A DNA stretch of 64,000 nt from Perna viridis (lineage: Eukaryota): the NCBI GenBank assembly GCA_037379345.1, contig CM074517.1, positions 27,218,001-27,282,000 on the forward strand. Reading direction: 5' to 3'. Shown in pieces: positions 1 through 14,059 of the stretch (positions are counted from its first letter, which is position 1; the number at the start of each line of letters is the position of its first letter). The position numbers were made by a program, and so were the translations under genes. Under the pieces are notes generated by a model that had not been told where the DNA came from, ran no database searches, and was given only the letters and a program-made list of their open reading frames with translations.

Positions 1-1409
1 TCATAAAGACATTGCAAAGTCATTTTGTCATATACTGTTAATTAGTAAATTTGTCAAATATCTTTTTTAATTTACAGTATGTTGTGTAACATCTGCACTT
101 GCGTGTCAAGCAAGTTCCGGTGCACGTGCGTTTTCAATCGTATGGGTAAGTGAGATAATCGAATGAGTAATATTGTCATTTCAAATCTGTTCGTTAGCTA
201 GTTCGTTTTTCAATACTCCCAGAAATTTAGATATTGTAACATTATCACGTGCACATTACCATGCGGTAACAAAACAGAAGTGCAACTGTCAATAAAATGC
301 GGAATTGTTTTCCACCAAATTATTAATCATTTCTTGTCACTAAGTGATGCACAAATGCAGGAAGAAAGAACTATTGTTATTTTGGCTTGCGCGTGTATAT
401 GCATGTCGTTTGGTAGAAAATATGAAGCGCCTTTGTCACATCTATCGTGACGATATATTTCCATATTTCAAAGTTTTATTCGCCACGTCAATTTCGCTCA
501 ATATTTTTTGTATATAAAATAGTTTTTTAATCTTTTAACTTGTCAAAATCCTTGCACAAAAAATGTGATTCGTGATGCATCAATGAATTAATTTTCTCAT
601 TTTTCCTTTAGAGGTAGACGATAGGAACATGTTCACTTTGACCCATTTGGCTATCAAACCCCCTAAAATCTTAAGTTTGTTTAAAATCTCTCTCGATAGT
701 TATAATCCTACAATAATCTGATCAGACCAAATTAGAGCTACGTGTAACGTCATCGGTGAAATACTGGAGAGAGCAACTATTTGATTTTTAAAAGAGGGGG
801 TGAAATGTTCTTCCTTGCCTTTTAATTTGGTGAAAGTTAAAATCCCCCTTTTTTCAGAAACATAAACAATAAAATATTATGACAAAAAGGAATACTGTCA
901 TTTTATTTTTCCTTAATATGGCCTATCTTGCCTAACTTTTTATTTCAAATTTCATCCTAGCTCCCCTCCCCAAACTATTAAAATTAATCATAGTTTGTTC
1001 ATATGCAAATAAGGTATAATATATCGCATACTTTGTCCTATCCTTTTTCTTCTCTTTATAATTCTATGCCAGGAATGTGATATTGTTATATGTAATAATA
1101 TGATTAATTAATTTAATAATACATCAATTAGGCAGGTGTAGGATCATCTTTTAATTTTAATTATTCAATAATAAAATAAAATTTTGACATGCAATCAATC
1201 ACATTTATAACTAATAACTACAACCAAATAACAGTCATAGCTTTCTTGGGTTTTTGATGCGTTCTAAACTTGGATCTGTAGAACAATTAAGTAGCACTCC
1301 AGCTAAGAATCATGCCAAATTTGATTCATTGGTGAAATGCCTACATATCTTAATTTTTGATATGTTGTTTAAATTGCCATAGTAAACTGAAATAAACAGT
1401 CGGTTTTAC

Positions 1410-1540
1410 CATGGAAGTATAATATCTAGACAGAAACTACTGCGGGAGTTCTAAAAGGTTCTATCTGCGTTACCGCCTGTTATCTTATAATTGGTTAATT
1501 GGCTTATCTTTTAGAGCTCTTCAAATATTATACTTCCATG
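1410..1540. mobile_element. 131-bp MITE with CATGG termini (P-superfamily-like)
   Basis: Perfect 18-bp inverted repeat at 1408-1425 / 1525-1542; flanks GTTTTAC/GTTGTAC (6/7) as a candidate 7-bp TSD. Confidence 0.65.
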
Positions 1541-4500
1541 GTTGTACATATAACCCGTGTTCTTATGAGATAAAAATCATATAGAATGCACTGCATATTT
1601 CAAAATTAAGGGGAGATAACTCTGTAAATAACACCCAAGTACACTAGAATCTATTGCATGTTCAATGTTAATTATCCCCTAAGAGCAGACATATTGGAAT
1701 AAATACACATTTCATAATATAGACCCATAAAACAACTTAATTTCAAAAATAAAAATATGTAGCCTTTTTGGGGGGTTGTATCACATTTTTAAGATTCAGC
1801 ATGATTCTTACAAAGACAGCTACTTAATGTAACATATTCTCCCACTTATGAGCATATATCATAATTACTATGTTAGAATTTCAACATGTATGAAAGAGGT
1901 CCTTCTTTACACATTATTCATTAAAAGCATGTTGTATATGATTTTTTTTATAGTTGCTACTTACAGTGGGAGTGATTTAGTGATGTATTATGCAATCGTA
2001 TATTTTGTACATGTTATACAAAAATCTTTCAGTTTTAACGAACTCTAAAAAAAATGAGGGAGAAAATTAGTCACAAACTTGCAAAGAAATGCCAAATATA
2101 TTTTAGCCCTTAGTATCTTGCAGTTTCGAATGCATTAACAGTTTTTATTAGAAGTGCATTAAACAAAGAAATGCTATGAATGAAGTCGTGGCCTTTTTTT
2201 CGCTGCATATAAGCAAACATTGTTTTTGAAGGAAACATCCATAGGTTAAACTGTATACACACAATGGCAGTCTTAGTATTCATAGAATTTGATTATTTAA
2301 GACCAAGATCATATTCGCAGCCTTAGTCCACGAGGTGAACCGTCCACGGCCAGCATAAGCGTCATTTCAATCGAATAAATTAAGAACAGAAACTTTGCTT
2401 ATTTAAAACCTACGTTTACTCTAAACTTCAACTAGCCATAGAATAAAGTTTGCTTAATAGAAAGTCAAGTGTCCATATGGAGATTTTAAAGTCGTTCAGA
2501 GATCCTCCTTTTCCGATAAAACGTGTTTGCAAACCACTCACATTAAGTGAAAAATAAACGGTGTCAGACCCTTGGACTACAAGTCAAGTCATAGATTAAA
2601 AGGCTGTCACTTTTAGGCCCAAACATTAAATATGGTTTATCTAGAAAAAGTTGCGTTGTGGCAATTAAAAGCGTAATATTTCTTACACAACAGACACCCC
2701 TTTGTAACTTGTAAAAGTCAGGCTTATGAGCACCTGTTGTAATTGCATCCTACATTGTTTTCGCGGTGAATTTTCAGCTGGAAAAACTTATTCAATTTCT
2801 CCTCTAAATGTTAAAACAGTGAAACCCATTTAAAACTGTAAATACTGAAAACCTTCAAAACCACGAATTCAGGAAGCCACAAACTTGTGTTACTTCCCCA
2901 TCCACGTAAATTGGTATCCACGAATTAAAGTACTCTTACTATAGTGAAAATTAAAATTTGTCAAAGAGACAACGACCCATAAAGTAAATGTACTTCAATT
3001 CAGATGTATTACTGAACATCGATCTAAATCAAACAATTTTCAGAAGTGTCCGATTTAGGCAGGGTTTCACTACAGAACTTATTTCTTTGGAGTAGATTCT
3101 GTTGATATACCCCGCAATTTTTCACACCGACTCTTATTTTTTTTCTACAGAGATGTTTTCTGCTCTTTTATTTTTTGTCTGTTTAAAATGTCACTTAGGG
3201 ATGAGAACACGAAAAAAAGCCTTTTAAACTTGTCTCTATCCTAACCATCTTACACGTCTTCGTAACCTCATGGCTGAACTTACGACAAAATACACATTAA
3301 TTAAACCATAAGTATCTTAAAGTACAGAGGGTTTCGTTCGATAAGACGTCTTGAGTAATCACCAAAACACCAAAATATCGATACGATCTTCATTAATCTT
3401 GGTAGGAGTCTTTAACAATTACTTTGGCAATAATTTTAATAACGAAAGATTAATATCGTTCATATCATTCAAAATTTAACTTTAATCAAATGATGAAATT
3501 ATGATGAAAGAAAAAGATAAAACTTTAATGGGACATAACTATGATATAATCTCGTATTTTTGTGAACACAATGGGCATAATGTAGGTCAAGGAGTTCAAT
3601 ATTATATTCAGATTAAACCAGTTAAAAGATTTTTGTTTTGCGAGGTAAAAGGTAAACATTATAATTTTATCTTATATTTATATGACAAAAACCATTTCGG
3701 TCAACTGAAACGGAGTAGTAGAACGTATTTGTTTTTGTTTGCACATTCGAAGTATATCGACGAACTCAATATTTTGGTTCTGTCAATGTTTCACATAACA
3801 TATAGAAGTCGTCCGCTCTTACCAGAGAGCGGATCCAGAAATCTTCAAAAGGGTGTCCGAATCCGAAATTTATAAATCAGGGATTTCATTTCAAAAACTG
3901 ATCAAATGGGGTTGTTCTAGACTGTCATTTGCCTAAATTTGACTTAAACAAAATTTTAAAAATATATAATCTTCCAAAAAAACTAAACTTAACATTTTTT
4001 TAATCCTTTCGCAATCAAACTTCTGACCAATCAGATCGCTTGAAAATTAAGACCTGAGATAAAATCCCTGATCTTTGAGGAAGTTTTCCCATTCGAGATT
4101 TCCATATAAAATCGGGAAATATTGTAGAAAGAGTTATAGTAAGCTAATTTGTAAATTACTTAAAGCATGCGTGTCTGTTTAACCCTCCTTTCCAGCCAAC
4201 CAGGTGCACCACAATGAACGTAGTTTACCCCTGGAATATTCCGTAAACAGATTTCGCCCAACATATTTAAGGGGTTTATGCACTTTCTTATTATTCTTGC
4301 ACATAAAATGTAAACTACTTCTATTAATATTGAATTTCTACTATCATTCGCTGACAGTGTACACCTAACGTTTGATTAATGTTATAGAATTACATTTTTA
4401 AAGTACATGAAGAAAATGAATATTTTAGCTCTGTCACTCAGCAAAGATCGGACGTAACGACAAAAAAGTGCTACCTTGCAAAACTCTTTAAAGATATCTG

Positions 4501-5073
4501 CCCTGATGACATCAATAAACAATCGCGTTCAATTTCATTGAATAGTTTAAATACTTCGGTATTATCTTCGAACGCCCCGCAATATTTGTGGTTATAAGGG
4601 TCTTGGATTCAATCAGATAGACTTCTTCTTATTTATTCAGTCCAAAGTTTAATGCGCGCAATTTAGATACGGTATATTCTATTTGCAAAATCATTGACAA
4701 TGACATTTCAAAAAAATTATGATTGTTTCGGAATGAGCGGGAATAATAGTGATGATTTCTGACCCTAAATAAGAAAAGTGACGTCTTCATAACCACATTG
4801 TTGATTTTTAAGGAGCCGGTTTTATGAACAAAATTATGACGAATGCGCATGATTAAATAGATATTTGAAATGCTATGAAAGGAAGATACAATTTAAAGAA
4901 AAGGGATAATCCTATCCTTTATAATAATGTGGGTGGAACTTGTAATTCTTATTATTATCCAAGTAATCATATTGAATAAGTTTTTGGGCGTATTTTTAAG
5001 ATAACAGAATTTTCCGATATCATATCAATAAAGATGAACTGCTTTAGGCGAAATATGGAGTTGTGACGAATTT

Positions 5074-5163
5074 GAATGCAAGATTATGATGTACAAAAAT
5101 GGGAAGAGTACTTATAAAGAATGCAAGACTATGATGTACAAAAATGGGACGAGTACTTATAAA
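5074..5163. repeat. 45-bp tandem duplication (2 copies, 2 mismatches)
   Basis: GAATGCAAGA(T/C)TATGATGTACAAAAATGGGA(A/C)GAGTACTTATAAA twice. Confidence 0.9.
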
Positions 5164-5699
5164 GGAACCAATCTTCCTTCCACGCTGATAAAATGCACTG
5201 AATTCTATTTGCTTAGACAGACGGACGTAAATATTTACCGGTATAATTCAGAAACATCCTTGTTCAAGATCGCAAAATACGGCGATTTTTAAATAACTAT
5301 CATGCAAGAAAGTTTACATAAAAAGACTTAAAAAAACCTGTCCTATCTCGGATCCTTTCCGTCATTTATTTTACTGTGGATCAGTATTATTGAAATAGCG
5401 ATAAATTGGTACTTCACATACCAGTCACATTTTGAGCACAGAGATAAATTCTAACACTAAAAACTAGTGATTACAAAACAAGCACTTGATGCATTTTTCA
5501 CCACAAGTTTGCAGGTTTTTATAATAAATGATAATGGAACAAACGTAAAATATATCAACACTTTATTTAACACAGGTGAGGTCTATACATCGTAATTATA
5601 AGAAACAATGCAGAGGTTCATGTGTGTGGTATTCTTCCATGGGAGGCTTTAAGTATTAGTTCTTATGTTGTACTTTCATCTGCAGCCTACTCTGTGGAG

Positions 5700-5792
5700 T
5701 AAGGGTTTCTTGTTCGTTCACTGAAGACCCATAGGTGACCTTGATCTGACATTTTTTCATCTCGGCGGGGTTGTTGTTTCTTTGACATATTC
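5700..5792 (+). repeat. Diverged SINE-like repeat 3' fragment
   Basis: TGAAGACCC..GGTGACCTT...GGCGGGGTTGTTGTTTCTTTGACATATTC resembles a recalled bivalve repeat end and runs directly into a minisatellite. Confidence 0.4.
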
Positions 5793-5795
5793 ATT

Positions 5796-5943
5796 ATATC
5801 CACATTCTCTTTATATTTCCCCCAACATATATCCATTCTCTTTATATTTCCCCCAACATATATCCATTTTCTTTATATTTCCCCCAACATGTATTCATTC
5901 TCTTTATATCACCCCCCCCCAAAAAAAAACATATATCCATTCT
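5796..5943. repeat. 31-bp minisatellite, about 4.5 copies
   Basis: Unit ATATCCATTCTCTTTATATTTCCCCCAACAT. Confidence 0.9.
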
Positions 5944-8900
5944 AAAGAGATAGTAGGTCTTTTTGGAGTTCCATGTGACCTTTTAGGACTTCGTAATACA
6001 ACGAATTGTTATGTAGATAACCAATGTTATACTTTTTGACATATCTACACTGTTTTTCATTTATCCCTGATCAAATTCGGCACCTTTTAACAATAGCCAG
6101 AGAAGCTGTTTTGTATATGAAATTCTTCAACAAAATTTCATGTCATACCAGTCTAAACCGACGTTACCTAACCAGCCCCTTTTTCCTTGTAATGGGCTGT
6201 ATATCACTTTATAATGCCACGGTTATCAAAAATCGGCAAGTTACAGCAGTTAGGGCACCTGCATTCATTTGTAGTTTCTAAATTATTAGATTATGACGAA
6301 ACATCCATAACACTATAAAAATCGCTACGCTACAAATTGCGAGCACTCAGGATATCAGCAGATGAAACGAGAGAGACAAATTGGTAACAGTCATTCACCA
6401 ATAAAAACATCTTGAAGTAGATATATGTAGATATTTAAGGAATTTAGTAATGAGCTTTTGGAATACATTATAAAAATCATTAAGTCTTATACTGTTTCAT
6501 GATTCAGATATAGATATCGAACTTTAAAGTGGTGAATTTTATCAACGAAAATAAATGATGAATCAAAATCAGAATTGCATTAAAATATAAAGCCGTTTTG
6601 TTTCTTCCTTACAACATCAGCCTTCTTTGATCCAAATCTATGTTTCCTTTACGAGTTAGTAGAAAGAAATGTATATTATAGACTCATCATCGCATTATCG
6701 CCATAACTGTTTCCTCTCATACAGTATCGTTGGAACGTAAATTTACCAACGAATTCTGAAGGAGACATAAACCCACAGTGCATGTATATTGCGACCCCAA
6801 TCTGAACTTTCACAGCATAGTTTAAGGTAAAGGTCAAGTACGAAACAAAACACTTCCCAACTCCGAATATTTCTATACTATCACGATTGATCAGTATTCT
6901 GTACGAGGCAAATTAAAGAACTGTAGACTTAACAGAGATGGACATCATATCTTTCCGTCTGATCGAGTATTTATTTCATTATCATGTATACAGGTTTTTG
7001 AAAATGGATATACTCTGCACAAACAAACCACCCTGGTGAAATTACATTGAAAACAAGATAATTTATTTGACGTTGGTATAATGCAAGGCGATCCATTGTA
7101 ACCCTATACATTCATTACTGCTCAAAGTAAACATCAGAAAGATTTATTCATAATAGCAAGCATGTACCACTTACATTCTGTCAATTTTCTACTGTTTGAA
7201 AGAAAACATTTTACAAGTGCAAATCCATTTAAAAGATAGAAATTTTATTTATTTTCATTTAAAGTGGATATAAGATCCCTTATTGTATATAAAAGAAATT
7301 CATCGGTTTAAGTGTTTTAAAGAGAAGCGTCATCACATAACAGAAATTGAAAAAAATGCCAAACTTTCATACTATGTATAAATTTAAGAGCTTGAGTCCG
7401 AAAGATTAGTTTACTGTCATGCAAGATGGTTAACATTTGAATAAATGTTATGTGACTTAAACTTGGGATGTTAAAGAGTGTCGCAATTTTAATAAAATCT
7501 CGGCAAGGGAATGTACAGGTCAACGGGTTTAATCTTTTTGGTTATAAAACTTCTGCTAATGGATTTGTTTCCAAGAGTGCTTTGAAATTCATAGCTTCAC
7601 TTTTTACAACTATTATCAGACTAATAAATTATAAGTATCCTTTATAAAAGATACAAGTCTAAAATATCAACGAGGACCTTGAAGGGATTTACATAACGAC
7701 AGCATACATCTATATGATATCATAGTGAATCGACGTTCCAGCTCGTGGTATGATTTCTTTATCTCCTAGCTAAAGGGTGAACTCGTTAGGTTTTTCAAGG
7801 GATGGTGGTATAAATTCTAAAGTAAATGATTGCTCCCTTAGATATCATGTGACCCCAAAGCATACCATTTAAATCATGCCAACATCTCCATGGCATGCAT
7901 GTCTCAGTTTTGATTTTCAGTATAAAACGTCATATCCCTTGTCAAATGCATGAAATATTTCTACTGATATCTCGATAGCTGTTTCATATATCATAGTATT
8001 CCCCTAATAAAATTAACTATAAAACCCCAAGATTTGAGACGAAATTCAAGATGTTCAGAAGTAAAACCGATTCATCAAACCAGAGGCCGGTACAAACGAG
8101 CTCAAATTAAATAATGTATATTTTCTTCCATTTACTAGAGAAAAATATGCTATTATATGGACACATGTTTAATGGACGTGAAGAACATCTAAGGAGCAGT
8201 AAATCTTCCTTTCCCGAAATGCATTATTACATATGTCTACAAAAATGACAGGTACATTGTGAGATAGATATACTCGATGTGCTCTTATCTTTATGTTGTA
8301 TAGACAAAAAGCTTTATGAGACTAATAATTTCAATCATTTTTAGAGGAAATGAATCAAAGATTTGAAATTTCATTTTTCGCCATGCAATTCAATTATATT
8401 TAGTTTCCTTTTATTTTCCTGTTTACTGCTTTGGGAAAAGTTTTAAGACATTGTATGCATTCAACGCGCTACTTCAGTGTTTATATACAGTGTAACGAGT
8501 TGTGCTATGACTTTATTCACAACCTTCATGGGTACAGTTGATTTCAATCTCATCGATGCCACCTAGACCGAAGAACCATCGCGGCAGATCGACCAAATGT
8601 ACATGTGATAATTCATGATTTCCTTGACAATTCAAATCTCGGAAACTGCTACAGTACTAGTCAGGGTGGTCTATAAAAATTACATGTATCAAGAATCCTT
8701 CAAATTTTGAAATTGAGACCGTTTTGCAGTTCAGATATTTTACTTGTAAGTGTTGTGCTCTTTGTAATTTAAGGCTTTTCTTGGGCATGTAAATTAATAG
8801 GAAAATGTTTGATCGTGCGAGTGGGTTAAACATGCGCATTCTATTGTCCGAATAAATGTATTGTCACACATTACAAAATTTTTCATTCGATGGAAAAGTC

Positions 8901-11236
8901 TGCATTTTAGCAATTCTGAGAGCGTACAATGAAATCTTAATCTTAATTACATCAAAAAGATCAGCTGTATTTCCAATTTAACTGCATGCATTTACATTTA
9001 AACTGTTTCACGATCTTCAATTATATGTGATTCCCCACATGTTTTTCAGAGTACTTTTTGATTAAAGCAGATAGAACAGGAAAAAATCTGCTTTGATGAA
9101 AATGCATTAATTAACTATTCGGTGACCTTATCAATAAAACACAGATAGCGAATGAACCAAAACAGCAAATAATCAGGTATAGAGAAAGGGTGGAAATGTG
9201 CAGGGAGATGAAACATCTCTTAAATGTTGCACCTTTTGTAATTTGACAATTGAATTTCCGCTGTTGTAACTAAGCCGGCGATTAGCTGATAAAATTGAAT
9301 TATGCATGTTATGAACTTGATACTAGTAGCTAAAACTTTCTTGTTTCAGACTAAGTAATGTCTGGGTTACTGTGGATTGATGTTTATCTAAGGGTTGCAA
9401 GGGCATTTTGGATTGTGATTGTGATTTCTGTTTTTTACTTAGAAAGTGTTTTTTTTTTTATGTTATTTTAATAATACGGCATGTGTGTATGTGTGTGTTA
9501 TTGTAATTTTGGTGTGTTTGGTTGGAATTGCTCGAGTAACGTTTTTCCTACCGGCTGATAATATTAGAGTTAATATTTCATACTTCGTTTATAATATACA
9601 AGTTCCCAAGATTTTCAAAAACCATGCAGCCAACCAGTCTGTTTTAATTTCGAAAGCGCCGACTAAATTTTCAATTTTTTTTCATTTTTATTAGTTAGAA
9701 AACACCGAAGTACAAAACCCTTGACAATAGCTATAAGGAAAATATAGTTATATCAATCACTTCACGGAAAACAATAACAAATTAACTCGAAAACTACCAC
9801 AAAAATCACTTTTTACCAATCTTGAAATTCTCATACACGTTAACAAAACAGTGTACATGATTAACTACATGCAAACATATTAATTACGCTCCATTAAACA
9901 TGTATAAAGAAATTAATTTTCTATTGGACATTATGTAACAATTATAACATGTACTAATGGAAGTGGTCTGGCCAATGCAAATTGAAATTTCATGTATTTT
10001 CTTTATTTATTGCGGCTCCTATATATATACTCATTACGTGGGGGTGTAAATATTAAGTCATTACATAACGGAAACTTATTATGGTCTGTATTAGTAGTCT
10101 CTTGTAACGTTAATGTCAACATGGTCTACGACTGACGAAAAAATTCTGTGTCAAAACAAACAGAAATAAATCTCTGTTATTGACATGTATATAAGAAATT
10201 AATACATGTTTATATGTCGTAAAATGGCTATTATCACCATGTACGTAAATTCATCAAAATATTAATACGAATTAAAAGGGCTGGCTAAATAAAAGCGACA
10301 CATCCCGTATAAGGTTCGTGTTGGGTTGTACAAATATTATTTTAAACCGTTTTACATGTAATTTAAGAATTAAGGAGATGTGGATTTAAAAATACACTCG
10401 ATTCAGACTTGACACAATTGTTCTTTCATATAAAAATGAGGTTTTCACACGGTTTCAACAACTTCATCCGTTAGGTTACCTAAGCGGTGAAAATTTTATT
10501 ATTGATAAATAATATTGCCATTTTTCCTTTTAGTTGACCTATGTCAAGAATATAGAGAAATGGATTAAAAGATTTTTAAAATTTTCAAAAGACTACTTGA
10601 TCCTAAATCTTGAAATACAATTGTCAATTTGCCGTGTCATATTTCATTCTTATATAATAATTTCTGTACCAATTCTATACAGAGTATTAGAGATTATTAT
10701 TACGAACTTGAGAACTTTCACTGCAAATAAAATCTCGTAAGTTAAAGCAAATATTTGAAATGTTTAGAAATCTTGATGCATAAAGGCTAATTGTTCACCA
10801 ATGCACAACTTCTAGAGTTGCAGCTTGCACTTTAACTTTCTTTGTATCTTAAAATCGGCAGAAAAAAAAAAGAACTAAATCGATTTTTAAATTCTTAAAG
10901 GTGTTCAATTTTCCCATGTAAATATGTGTAAATTATATGTAATTGCGTGTTATGCATGTTCAGATACATAGAGTGAAATAATATGCTTATTCAAATATCA
11001 AATGCTTTACAAAATGCATTATCATGCCCAATAAAGCTAATGCAGTGATAAAATCTCTCCCTTCCTCTAATACCTAAAATCCTGATGTGATCAATTTCTA
11101 CGTTGTTCCGTAATGCTTTCTCTGCATTAAAATTAACATACATTAAAGGAACAAACTATACAAAGTTAACCGTTGACTTACGACGTATGCAAGAACTTAA
11201 ACATAGCTGTATATGTATGTATTTTTGTGCCATGGT

Positions 11237-11403
11237 CTGGCGCGGATCCAAGGACTGGCATACCGGGCGTACGCCCCCCTAAATCGGTAAGAAAAAAATT
11301 GTCACCACAAGTTTCACCCCATAATATTTTTTGCCTTGCTTTGCACGGCATTTAATTCAAGTTACGCCCCCCTCCCCCAACTCAAATCCTGGATCCGCTC
11401 CTG
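11237..11403. mobile_element. 167-bp MITE with CAGG.GCGGATCC-type TIRs
   Basis: CTGGCGCGGATCCA ... TGGATCCGCTCCTG; flanks ATGGT/AAGGT (4/5 match). A related end fragment lies at ~3823-3845. Confidence 0.7.
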
Positions 11404-14030
11404 AAGGTCATTTCACAGAGGTAAATGATTTTGATGTTTCGATGTTTAACAGCATGTTTTCCGAAGGAAAAAAGAAGTATTTTTTGTTTCATCTTTTTTA
11501 ATGAAAGTTTAAGGGTAACTAATTGTAGCTGTAAAGGAGACAGCTGGGTGCACTCGAAATGTTAAACTCGTGTGACATTTTGTCATAAAGCGCATCAAGA
11601 TAAAGTTTATGGAGATGAAAGTAAAATTGCTTGCATATATTGCAGGCTTTTGTTGTATCATATGCAACATCTAATGCAAGGCACTTAAGAAATTTACAAA
11701 TAGTCAAGACGCAACAAGTTAACGGAATATCTTAGGATAAAAAGGGGACCATCTTCATAAATACGCTTAAACTGCTTCTGAGAAATTCAAGTGATAACAA
11801 ACCAGCAAAATAAAAAAATATAGAACACAAAAATGTCGCATTAATAGGTCACTGGGTCGGCAAGGTTTAGGATTGAAAGAGCATTTATTGCCTCCTGTGT
11901 TGAGCGGGTAATTGCACGGTTTCTCACTATTTTTGTCCTGTACGATCTGTTGGTCTCACTTCTTCTGATTACTTAGCACGTTTTAATTATGTGCGAAAAA
12001 TTCTGTGCATAGTTGTGCTTTGTGGTTTTCTTTAATATTTGGTATTATGTCAAAGTATATGTACTTACGATTTCTTACATGCTCATTATTATAAACATAT
12101 TTAAAGAGATTGTTATTTTGAATTGGAGGTGCAGAGCAATAATGGAGAATTAAACATTCTCGAAATAAATGAAACCTTTAAATTCGATTGCGTATCTTTA
12201 AAACTTTTCAAATAAAATGTAAAAGCTCGGGTCAAAAAGTGCACAAAAAGGAGATGATATTGTAATATAGAGATTTAATTGAACCTGCTTAAAATGTTTT
12301 GAGTGGCTGATCAAGAAAAAAACTTAATACCAATTATGTCGGATTTTTATAAAAACTTTCCTGTTTTCAATTTAAACTTGATCCTTAGTTGTCAATGAAA
12401 GGCTTAAATGAAGATGTACTAAAAAAAAACTAGACGGAGTAGAAATATAAACAAGATCGAAAAGGAAAAATATACTTCAAACGAATTTACTTAAGTGAAG
12501 AATACATGAATAAACATATTTGTAGAAGAATTCGTATTAAATTATTTTTTTCCTGCTTATTGTACACAATCTGTCTTAACTTTGGGTGACTGATTTTGAG
12601 GACAGAGAAAAATAGGAGGTAGTTTGATTTTAAGGATTTCACTTGCACAGCTGCTGTTGTAAAAGGAAATCTTTTAGTGTTTGACCTAGAGGGGATGCAG
12701 AGGGTTGGCACCCCCTCTATATGGAAAATTTGTCATTTTCATGTGTAAAAAAAGACATAAAAATGGCAAATAATGTCAAAAAACCCCTTTTCTGAGGAAT
12801 TTAGGTTATAAGCTGCCGCATTTGTTACGTTTCACCATGTCAGTTGCTTTTTTTTTCTATTTACGGCAAAGGGTAACACTGATATAGTGTAATATGTGTG
12901 TAAACAAAAAGGGATTTCGAATAGTTGTGAGTTTATAATTTTTAATTGATATCGATCCTTTCAACAAAGGCGTGGAAACCTATTCTGAAATGAAATTAAA
13001 TATTTTAACGAGACCAAACCTAGGTTGGTATTCCTAGAGGCCAACAACCCAAGTTAAAATTCTGAGACACAAATTTATTGGAGATCAGACGCAATACATT
13101 AAATTTTACAATTTTGACAAATGTAAATATGTATTTCTAATAAAATTGATAAGATAATCTGTATTTAAAGTTCTACGATAACACATTAATTTTTCTTCAT
13201 TAAAATGTTGTTAAGGGAATCGAATCTATCGGTAATATTTGGTGAAATCCGTCATTAGGCTTTTCAGTTTTATTACCTTTACTATCAAGATAAAGCAGAA
13301 ATATTTCAGTTGAAAATAAATCATCCCGTTTCATCTTACACACAATAATTCATGTATAACACGACTGGTATTGTCATTAACGCTATCATTTGCCCAGTTC
13401 TTGTTATTAGTCGAGTCAACTGACAAAATTCTTCATCACACAGAAATACTGAAAACATATCTTTACTTAGTTTATGTTGCTCAAGCACGGAACTATGCAA
13501 TTGAACACACACGAAATTCATTACACCATTTGTTTACTGAAAATGGAATTTAAATTGAATGTACATTTTTAGAACGTTTTCCCCCTTCTATACAAAGAAC
13601 AAATTAACCTATACAAATATAAAATATCATCTTTGTTGATAAATTGAGTTCGTGCTTAAATCAAATTTGAGTCTCCAGATGTTTGCTCGGAAGAACTCCT
13701 TTCTTAGTATTAGGACTCCTGCCTTAAAAAGTTGGTACATTTACATGTACAATTTAGTCATCAGAGACCACTAACCTCTCACAAAGAAATGGGTAGTCAA
13801 ATGAAGTATCAAAATTTATATTTTTAAATTTTAAAATGGTGGTTTTCTTCCCATTTTCATGTCCAAGGAATTAAAACCTCATGCATACGTTAACAGTGAC
13901 AAAACCAAACATTTTAAAAGATGATAATAAAATGATTTAACATAAGTATTTTTTTCATAAATATAAGTTGATTTTTTTTAAATCTTACTAAATTATCAAT
14001 TTCACATTCGTGACCTTATTAAAATAGCTT

Positions 14031-14059
14031 TAGATAGACAGATAGATAGATAGATAGAT
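14031..14059. repeat. (GATA)n microsatellite
   Basis: TAGATAGACAGATAGATAGATAGATAGAT. Confidence 0.9.

Noticed and set aside
5796-5943. CRISPR-like array
   Set aside because: Head-to-tail units with no unique spacers, no cas genes, and a eukaryotic context.
13340-13449. Possible minus-strand internal exon (TTTTCAG...GTAAGA)
   Set aside because: It has stops in the phase needed to join the 24437 exon, and no recognisable homology.
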